Below the pieces are notes generated by a model, which saw only the letters and a program-made list of their open reading frames with translations, was not told the origin of the DNA and made no database searches. Positions 57,030 through 64,000 of a stretch of DNA of 64,000 nt are shown piece by piece. Each line of letters starts with the position of its first letter. The stretch's first letter is position 1. Made by a program: the position numbers and the translations under genes. Origin of the DNA: Myxococcota bacterium (GTDB taxonomy: Bacteria; Myxococcota_A; UBA9160; SMWR01). Location of the stretch: NCBI GenBank assembly GCA_041579295.1, contig JBFGGA010000001.1, forward strand, positions 2,339-66,338. Direction: 5' to 3'.

Positions 57030-57241
57030 GCCATCACTCCGGCGCCCTCCCGCAATCGAAATCGCGCAAAAACCGCCGCTCGACACCGCACAGTCTAACA
57101 GCTGCAAACTCTCAAGGGCTCGCTTTTTTGATCGAATTCACTGTCCGATGCGGCCGTTGCGGGCGCGGGAGCGCGGTCGACGCGCGCGGCGCCGACCCTA
57201 TACTCGGCGCTTCTCGAAGGCCCCGGAGTTCGAGCGACGGC

Positions 57242-59668
57242 ATGCGCGGTTGTGAACCCACACGCAGCGCGATTTCCGCGACGCTCGGGCCGCTCGAGAT
57301 CGCGGCCGCGTGCGCGTTGCTCGCGCTCGCCGCGACACAGAGCGGTTGCCGCCCCACCGACGATCGCATGGCCGAGATCCGCGCGCTCCAGGAAGCGGGC
57401 CGGTTCGAGCAGAGCATCGCTGCGCTGCGCGACGTCCTCGCCGAAACGCCCGAGGTCGGCGAAGCCAACTACCGCCTCGGCATCGCATTCTCGCGCACCG
57501 GCAATCCGAGTCGGGCGGTGTGGGCGCTCGAGAAGGCGAGCGAGTCGAGCGACTTTTCGATCCCGGCCGATCTCGAGCTCGCATCGATTCAGCTCGGACT
57601 CGAGAACTTCGAGGAGTCGATTCGCGCGAGCGATCGAGTCCTCGCCCGCGATCCGAACCACCGCGAGGCCCTCGGCCTGAGCGCGCGGGCCCACGTCGGC
57701 GCGCGACAGCTCGAAGCGGCGCTGCTCGACACGAGCCGTTTGCTCGAGCTCGAGCCCGACGACTACGCGACCCTCGTCGTGCACGCGACCGCGCTCGCCG
57801 AGCTCGGGCGGCTTCGAGAGGCCGAGGCCGCCCACGAGCGCATCAAGCGAATCAGCGCAGCCGGTGGCGACCGCGAGCGCGCGGGCCGCGGCTGTCTGGC
57901 TCCCGCGCTGTTCGCGCGGCAGAACCTCGGGGACTTGGAGCGAGCCGAACGGCTCTACGAGGACTGCGCTTCGAAGTACCCGGCGAGCCGCTCCGCGATC
58001 GGACACATCGCCAACTTCTTCGACGAGATCGGAAGACCGCAGCGCGGGATCGAATTGCTCGAGCGCGCCGTGGAGCAGGCGCCGGACGATCTCGCGCTGC
58101 GCTTCGCGCTCGCCTCGAGGCTCGCGCGGCTCGGTCGCGCGGCCGATGCGCAGTCCGTGCTCGAAGCAGCGGTGGACCGCTTCGGCGTGGTCGCGGCCGG
58201 AGAGCCGCTCGCGCGCCACTACCGGCAACAGAGAGACCCCCAACGCGCGCTCGCGCTGATCGAAGCGATCCTGCGGGAGAGCGGCGGTGAACGAGAGCCG
58301 CTCCAGTTCATCCGCGCGGACCTGCTCGTCGACCTGGACGAGCTCGAGCGCGCCGAAGCGCTCGCGGCCCGATTCGAGGAGCCGAGCTACGCGAGCATGA
58401 TTCGCGGGCGCATCCTGCTCGCGCGCGGCAACGCCGAGGCCGCGTTGGCGGCCTTCGACGAGGGCATCGAGAGCTGGCCGGGCAATGCCGGCGCGCGCTA
58501 CCTCGCGGGCATCGCCGCGCTAGAGCTGGGGGACTTCGAGCGGGCGACCGTCGAGCTGCGGGAATCGGTACGCGTCGACGAGTCCGCGACGCAGGCCGCG
58601 CGCATGCTCGCGCGGCTCTACTTCGACCAGCGCCGATACGACCAGGCGATCGCGGCCTCGGCGATCGCGCTTCGCCACGGCGCGCCCGGCCAGCGCGCCG
58701 CAGACCTCGTGCTCGACGCGCGCGCACACGCCGCACTCGGCGAATTCGATGGGGCACGCGCCGCGATCCGCGAGCTCGCCGAGCTGCCGGGACGGCGGGG
58801 AGAGGCGGCCGCCGAGCTCGCCGCGATCGAGCGCAGCGCGGACGGCCCCGCCGCGGCGGTCGACGCCGTCGAGCGCTTCGAACTCGACCTGCGGGCACGC
58901 GCCAACGAGCCCGCGCTGGGCTCGCTCGCGAGCGACCTCGCCAGTTTGGGGCACGCGGATCGCGCGATCGCGCTGATCGACGACGCGCTGCGGGCGCGGC
59001 CCGGCGACGCTTCGCTCCACGCGCTGCGGGGAGCTGCGCTCGCGCGCGCCGGCCGCCCGACCGCTGCGCGAAGCGCCTTCGAGCGGGCGCTCGCGATCGA
59101 CGCCGATTGCGCGGAGGCGCTGGCCGGCCTCGCCGAGCTCGAGATCGCAGCGGGCGAAATCGAGCGCGCGGTCGACCTCTTCGATCGCGCCGCCGCCGCC
59201 GATCCCGCGAGCGGCGCGCACGCCTACGCGGCGGCGCGGATCCTGTTGGCCGCCGGGGATCGGAGCGCCGCGGAGGCGAGGCTCCGCGCGATCGTCGCGC
59301 GGTCGGCCGGCCAGCCCGAAGCTCGAAACGATCTGGCCTGGCTGCTCGCGAGCGAGCGAAGGGATCTCGATCTCGCGCTCTCGCTCGCCCGAGAGGCCAG
59401 CCGCATGCGGCCCGAGGCCGCCACGCTCGACACGCTGGGGCTCGTGCACCTCGAGCGCGGCGAGATCGGGGCAGCCATCGACAGCCTGGAGCGCGCGGTC
59501 GCGGATCCCGAGAGCTCGCCGACCGCCCACTATCACCTCGCGATCGCGCTGCGCCGATCCGGTGACCCGACGAGCGCGAGCGAAATGTTGAAGCGCGCAC
59601 TGGCAGTGGGCGACTTTCCGGAAGCCGACACCGCCAGGCGTCAGCTCGCCGAGCTCGAGCGTCGCTGA
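57242..59668 (+). CDS. Large TPR-repeat protein (about 800 aa; PrsT-like architecture)
   Basis: ATG 57242. Signal peptide ending ALAATQSGC, then more than 15 TPR-like units (ANYRLGIAFSRTGNPSRA..., AHYHLAIALRRSGDPTSA...). It is divergent from the PEP-CTERM/sulfatase operon. Confidence 0.8.
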   Translation: MRGCEPTRSAISATLGPLEIAAACALLALAATQSGCRPTDDRMAEIRALQEAGRFEQSIAALRDVLAETPEVGEANYRLGIAFSRTGNPSRAVWALEKASESSDFSIPADLELASIQLGLENFEESIRASDRVLARDPNHREALGLSARAHVGARQLEAALLDTSRLLELEPDDYATLVVHATALAELGRLREAEAAHERIKRISAAGGDRERAGRGCLAPALFARQNLGDLERAERLYEDCASKYPASRSAIGHIANFFDEIGRPQRGIELLERAVEQAPDDLALRFALASRLARLGRAADAQSVLEAAVDRFGVVAAGEPLARHYRQQRDPQRALALIEAILRESGGEREPLQFIRADLLVDLDELERAEALAARFEEPSYASMIRGRILLARGNAEAALAAFDEGIESWPGNAGARYLAGIAALELGDFERATVELRESVRVDESATQAARMLARLYFDQRRYDQAIAASAIALRHGAPGQRAADLVLDARAHAALGEFDGARAAIRELAELPGRRGEAAAELAAIERSADGPAAAVDAVERFELDLRARANEPALGSLASDLASLGHADRAIALIDDALRARPGDASLHALRGAALARAGRPTAARSAFERALAIDADCAEALAGLAELEIAAGEIERAVDLFDRAAAADPASGAHAYAAARILLAAGDRSAAEARLRAIVARSAGQPEARNDLAWLLASERRDLDLALSLAREASRMRPEAATLDTLGLVHLERGEIGAAIDSLERAVADPESSPTAHYHLAIALRRSGDPTSASEMLKRALAVGDFPEADTARRQLAELERR

Positions 59669-59727
59669 AGGATTTCGACCGCGGGTCGCCGGCGCAGACG
59701 AGTTGGCGATTCACCGGGGCAAAAGAG

Positions 59728-60753
59728 TCAGCGGTTCGCGACGACGTGAACGGTGGCGCCGCTTCGCAGCGCGGTGCAGGCGAGCGTCGCCGCGAGTGCG
59801 CAGGGCGCGCCCGCGATCAGCCAGAACCACAGCCACGCGCGGGTACGCGGGTCGAAGGGGGGCGGGGCATCGGGCGGGCGGCGGTGCAAGAGCGCGTAGA
59901 GGCCGTTGCGAGGCAGCGACTCGAAGCGGTTCATCACGCTCTGGATCCATCCGAACGGATTCTGACGCAACGAGAAGTGGTGGACCGAATGCGCGCGGAA
60001 GCCCGCGCGCTCGAGCAGCGTGCGGAGCGCGGGCAGCGGGAAGTGGTAGAGGTGGCGCGGGAGGTCCAGGTGGAACCAGGCCGCGCCGCTGCAGCGCGCC
60101 TGGAGGCTCGAGAAATTCGGGACCGCGACGATCAGGCGCCCGCCGGGCTTCAAGATCCGATGGGCCTCGCGCAGCGTTGCGGCGGGGTCGTTCAAGTGTT
60201 CGAGCACGTGCCAGATGATGACCTGATCGAAGCTCGCCTCTCGGTACTCGGCCTCCCTCACGTCGCCTGCGATCCGGATCTCGGCCCGGGGATCGACTCC
60301 CCTCGCAGCCTCCGCGCTGATCTCCAGGCCGTGCACCTCGAAGCCCTGCTCGGCGAGCGCCGCGAGGACCACGCCGCGCCCGCAACCCACGTCGAGGATG
60401 CGGGCGCCCGCAGGAAGCCCGCGCGAGAGAAACGAGGTGTGACGCTCGCCGACCGCGCGCACCAGCCACTCGATCGCCGACTGGAACTTCCAGCCGGGCT
60501 CGCCGTAGTACTCCGAGGGGTAGAGGGCGCGCAGCCGATCGGAATCGGGCATCGGGTGGAACCGGCCGAGGCCGCAGCTCGTGCAGACCACCACGCGCTC
60601 CTCCATCGCCTCCACCTCGAAGCGCGGCACGGCCGTTTCCGCGGAGCAGATCGGACAAGGCGAGACGCGTTGCGCAACGCGCGGCGCCGCGACGTCGCGA
60701 ACGCGATGTCGATAGAGCGCGGCTGCGCCGTGATCGGAGCTTCGCGTGTTCAT
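59728..60753 (-). CDS. Class I SAM-dependent methyltransferase with N-terminal zinc-ribbon
   Basis: CPICSAE...CTSCG ribbon. ARILDVGCGRGVVLAALAEQGFEVHGLEIS is motif I, and LKPGGRLIVAVPN follows. Start is ATG 60753 (the track ORF starts at GTG 60762). Confidence 0.85.
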   Translation of the reverse strand: MNTRSSDHGAAALYRHRVRDVAAPRVAQRVSPCPICSAETAVPRFEVEAMEERVVVCTSCGLGRFHPMPDSDRLRALYPSEYYGEPGWKFQSAIEWLVRAVGERHTSFLSRGLPAGARILDVGCGRGVVLAALAEQGFEVHGLEISAEAARGVDPRAEIRIAGDVREAEYREASFDQVIIWHVLEHLNDPAATLREAHRILKPGGRLIVAVPNFSSLQARCSGAAWFHLDLPRHLYHFPLPALRTLLERAGFRAHSVHHFSLRQNPFGWIQSVMNRFESLPRNGLYALLHRRPPDAPPPFDPRTRAWLWFWLIAGAPCALAATLACTALRSGATVHVVANR

Positions 60754-60864
60754 CGGGCGCACGGAGCGTGCTGCGCGAATCGACCGGGGTCAATGGACGC
60801 CGCGTAGCAACACGCGGGGCGCCACGAGAGAGTGGAGCGAAGGCCGAGCAGGTGGCGCCCGGCG

Positions 60865-61893
60865 CTAATCCCGCGGCGCACGGGCCCACAGGTAGCGCGC
60901 GGCGCCGCCGGGAAGGAACGCGACCTCCGCGACGGTTTCGAAACCCGCCGCGAGCAGGCCCGCGCGAAGCTCGCCGAGATCGGGAAGTCCGTAGAGGTTG
61001 TCGTGCGCGCGGAGATAGAGATCGAAGACCGCGGCCTGCGAGGAGAGGCCCAGCCAACGGGACGCCATCCGATCCGAGACGACGGCGGTCTGGATCGCGA
61101 GCAGCCCGCCCGGGTCGAGTCGCGAGCGGATCCGCTCGAAGAGTGCGCCATGGAGGTTGGGTGCGATGTAGTGGAGGTTGTTGTTGAGCAGGATCAGATC
61201 GTGGGAGCCCGCGGCGAGGTTCATCGTCATGAAGTCGCCGATCCGGATCTCGCTGCGCCGCGAGAGGTCCGCCGCCTCCAGATTGCGCGCCGCGATCTCC
61301 GCGACTTCCGCATCCCGCTCGATCCCGACACCGTGAGCGTCGCGGTAACGCCGCAAGAATCGGACGAGGTAGCCCCCGTAGCCGCAGCCGATGTCGAGCA
61401 GCCGCCGCGCGCCGCGCACGCCGGGGATGCGACGGAGCGCGGCGATCGCCTGCCGCTCGACCCGCTGCGCGACCTCGGCGGCGCGCCGATTCTCCGTCGA
61501 CGAGCCGAAGTCCGGCCGCTCGCCGTCCCGCATCAGGTCCGGCATGCGTTCGAAGAGCGGTCCGTAGCCCGCGATCGTCTCCTCGAGCAGCGCGAGCAGC
61601 GACTCCGAATCGGAAGCCTCGATCAGCCACTTCGCGAGGCCGTCCACCTGGTAGGCGCGGTCCCGCTCGCGGACCACGCGGACGAGGCCGTGAGAGGCCG
61701 CGGCGCGCAGCCAGGCCTGGAGCAGATCGGGCGCGAGTGGCAGGGTCTGCGCGAGCTGCTTGGCGGTCTTCGGCTGCGCGAGTGCCTCGAACAGACCCGT
61801 GCGGGCCCCGATCCCCAGCAGCTGGACGCGCGAAAAAGAGGCCAGCGTCCCCAAGAACGCCCGCTCCCGCCACTGCGAGGTCCATCGCGTCAT
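60865..61893 (-). CDS. SAM-dependent methyltransferase with N-terminal winged-helix dimerisation-like domain (O-methyltransferase family 2-like)
   Basis: RRLLDIGCGYGGYLVRFL is motif I, and LDPGGLLAIQ follows. The N-terminus GARTGLFEALAQPKTAKQLAQTL is wHTH-like. ATG 61893 overlaps the uvrD stop (ATGA). Confidence 0.8.
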   Translation of the reverse strand: MTRWTSQWRERAFLGTLASFSRVQLLGIGARTGLFEALAQPKTAKQLAQTLPLAPDLLQAWLRAAASHGLVRVVRERDRAYQVDGLAKWLIEASDSESLLALLEETIAGYGPLFERMPDLMRDGERPDFGSSTENRRAAEVAQRVERQAIAALRRIPGVRGARRLLDIGCGYGGYLVRFLRRYRDAHGVGIERDAEVAEIAARNLEAADLSRRSEIRIGDFMTMNLAAGSHDLILLNNNLHYIAPNLHGALFERIRSRLDPGGLLAIQTAVVSDRMASRWLGLSSQAAVFDLYLRAHDNLYGLPDLGELRAGLLAAGFETVAEVAFLPGGAARYLWARAPRD

Positions 61894-64000
61894 TCGAGCT
61901 CTAGATTGGCGTAGCGCACCATCACCGTCTTCAGGCCCGCGCGGTCGAACTGGATCCGGAGCTTCTGACCCGGCCCGGAGCCGATGACGCCGGCCACCGT
62001 CCCACTGCCGAACACCGGATGTCGCACGCGCAGCCCGACCGCGATCGACGGCCCGTCTTCGGGCGCGCTCTGGTCGTACGAGTAGTCGCGCTCGGGATCG
62101 GCGCGGAAGCTCGCGCGCGCGCCGTCGCTGAGCGCGGCGTTCGGGATCTCACCCAGGAAGCGCGAGGGCGGCGACGAGGTGCTCGAACCGAATCGGCGGC
62201 GCTCTGCCGCGCAGGTCAGGGTGAGCTCCTCCATCGCCCGGGTCATCCCCACGTAACACAGGCGGCGCTCCTCCTCGACTCCGCTCGGGTCGCGCGACGA
62301 GGCCGCGTGCGGGAACATGCCCTCTTCCATTCCCACCATGAATACGACCGGAAATTCCAGACCCTTCGCGGAATGCGCCGTCATCAGGGACACGCAGTCG
62401 TCCCGCTCGTGATAGCTGTCCAGATCGGAGACCAGGGCCACCTGGTCGAGGAAGCGCTCGAGCGCGGAGCGATCGTCGTCGACCGCAGACGCGTCGACGC
62501 GTTCGAAGTCGTCGGCAGCCGTGAGCAGCTCCCGCAGATTCTCGAGGCGCGCGTCGGCCTCGGGCGTGCCTTCCTTCTCGAGGTGAGCGCCGTAGCCGGT
62601 CTCGTCGAGCACGCGCGCCAGCGCGTCGGCCGGAGACGAGGCCGCAACCTCCTCGCGCAGGGAGCGGATCAGGTCGAGAAACGCGCGGAGCTTGGGCGGA
62701 ACGCGACCCCCTCCCTGTCCTTCGGCGATCGACGCAAACGCGTCGAACAGCGCGACGCGCCGCTCGGCGGAGAGGGACTCCGCTCGCTCGATCGTGGTCT
62801 TGCCGATCCCGCGGGCGGGCTTGTTGACGATGCGCCGGAGCGACGCGGCATCGGCCGGATTGACCAGCAGCCGGAGGTAGGCGAGCGCGTCCTTGACCTC
62901 CGCGCGGTCGTAGAAGCGAACGCCCCCGACCACGACGTACGGAACCTCGTACTTCAGCAATTCTTCTTCGAACAGACGCGATTGATGATTCGTGCGATAG
63001 AAGATCGCGAACTCGCCGCCGCGTCGGCTTCCGTCCCGGACCGCCGCGAGAATTCGACGCACCACGAAGTCGGCTTCGTCCCGATCGTTGCGGGCATGGT
63101 GAACCTGGATCAGCTCGCCGCCTTCCCGCTGGGTGACGAGGTCCTTGTGCCTGCGATCGAGGTTGTTCGCGACCACGCCGTTCGCGCCGTCGAGAATCGA
63201 CTGGGTGGAGCGGTAGTTGATCTCCAGCTTCAGGGTCTCGGCATCGGGGTAGTCCCGCTCGAACTCCATGATGTTTCGAATGTCGGCGCCGCGCCACGCG
63301 TAGATCGACTGATCGGGGTCGCCGACGACACAGAGATTCCGATGCTGGCGGGAGATCTGCTGGATGAATTCGTACTGGATGCGATTGGTATCCTGATACT
63401 CGTCGACCAGCACGTATTGCCAGCGGCGCTGGTAGTGGGCGAGGACCTCGGGAAAGCGCTCGAACAGCTCGGTGGTGCGGAGGAGCAGATCGCCGAAGTC
63501 GAGGGCGTTGCTGTCCACCAGCAGCCGCTGGTAGGTGGCGTAGATTTCGGCCGCGGTCTCCGAATCGAGGTCTTGGGCCGCTCGCGCCGCCGCAGCCGGA
63601 TCGAGCCCGTCGTTCTTCCAGCGATCGATCCTCCACTGAAAGCGCTTGGCCTCCGAAACCGAGGCGTCGAGCCCGTGACGTTTGAGGGCGTCGCGGATCG
63701 CGCTGCGAGTATCGGCTTCGTCGTAGATCACGAAGCCGCGCGAGTAACCCAGGTGGGCGATTTCGCGCCGCAGGATCCGCACGCAGGCCGAGTGAAAGGT
63801 GCTGATCCAGAGATCGGCCGTCGACATGCCGAGAATCTTCTCGACGCGTTCGCGCATTTCGCCCGCAGCCTTGTTGGTGAAGGTCACCGCGAGGACGTTC
63901 TCGGGCGGGATGCCGCACGCGCCGACGAGATAGGCGATGCGGTGGGTCAGCACCCGCGTCTTGCCGCTACCGGCTCCGGCCAGCACGAGCACCGGGCCCT
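61890..64000 (-). CDS. uvrD: UvrD/PcrA-type SF1 DNA helicase (N-terminus outside window)
   Basis: VLAGAGSGKTRVLTHRIAYL (Walker A), TFTNKAA, VDEYQDTN, GDPDQSIYAWRGA, YRS, VTLMTAHSAKGLEF and YVGMTRA. The frame is open to the window end. Confidence 0.93.
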   Translation of the reverse strand, partial: GPVLVLAGAGSGKTRVLTHRIAYLVGACGIPPENVLAVTFTNKAAGEMRERVEKILGMSTADLWISTFHSACVRILRREIAHLGYSRGFVIYDEADTRSAIRDALKRHGLDASVSEAKRFQWRIDRWKNDGLDPAAAARAAQDLDSETAAEIYATYQRLLVDSNALDFGDLLLRTTELFERFPEVLAHYQRRWQYVLVDEYQDTNRIQYEFIQQISRQHRNLCVVGDPDQSIYAWRGADIRNIMEFERDYPDAETLKLEINYRSTQSILDGANGVVANNLDRRHKDLVTQREGGELIQVHHARNDRDEADFVVRRILAAVRDGSRRGGEFAIFYRTNHQSRLFEEELLKYEVPYVVVGGVRFYDRAEVKDALAYLRLLVNPADAASLRRIVNKPARGIGKTTIERAESLSAERRVALFDAFASIAEGQGGGRVPPKLRAFLDLIRSLREEVAASSPADALARVLDETGYGAHLEKEGTPEADARLENLRELLTAADDFERVDASAVDDDRSALERFLDQVALVSDLDSYHERDDCVSLMTAHSAKGLEFPVVFMVGMEEGMFPHAASSRDPSGVEEERRLCYVGMTRAMEELTLTCAAERRRFGSSTSSPPSRFLGEIPNAALSDGARASFRADPERDYSYDQSAPEDGPSIAVGLRVRHPVFGSGTVAGVIGSGPGQKLRIQFDRAGLKTVMVRYANLELE

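Overview
High-GC, densely coding bacterial chromosomal segment with about 60 genes on both strands and no rRNA, tRNA, CRISPR or obvious mobile elements. PEP-CTERM proteins, a Tad pilus and a DUF4388/J-domain regulator suggest an environmental Gram-negative, possibly delta-proteobacterial or Myxococcota-like; this is inference only. Many long ORFs in the track are Arg/Pro/Ala-rich GC-shadow frames, so I kept only frames with recognisable motifs, sensible starts or coupled junctions. The main block is an 11-kb minus-strand Tad/Flp pilus locus (14.1-25.4 kb). It runs flp (57 codons, absent from the ORF track)-tadV-tadE-cpaB-tadG-tadB-tadC, then a 500-bp gap, then secretin-lipoprotein-tadZ-tadA-TPR lipoprotein. 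Housekeeping genes are ychF, mtgA, msrB, pabB, bolA, hsp20, uvrA, ilvE, gatCAB, a DEAD-box helicase, ddl and uvrD/pcrA (truncated at the window end). Envelope and accessory genes include a ydbH-ynbE-ydbL module, two PEP-CTERM proteins, a sulfatase, a large TPR protein, two UbiA prenyltransferases, two CX5R phosphatases, SCO1, a Crp-family regulator, a PilZ-like protein and a receiver-DUF4388-J-domain-TPR protein. The most interesting signal is two consensus sigma-54 (-24/-12) promoters, one before flp and one before the secretin gene. Each lies exactly 143 nt downstream of the same 35-bp element (31/35 identical), and no enhancer-binding activator is encoded in the window. Second is a secreted protein (26756-28108) with a Tyr/His-rich core and a highly charged tail built from near-identical 90-bp tandem repeats. 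All family calls rest on motifs read by eye; no database search was possible, and many start codons are uncertain.
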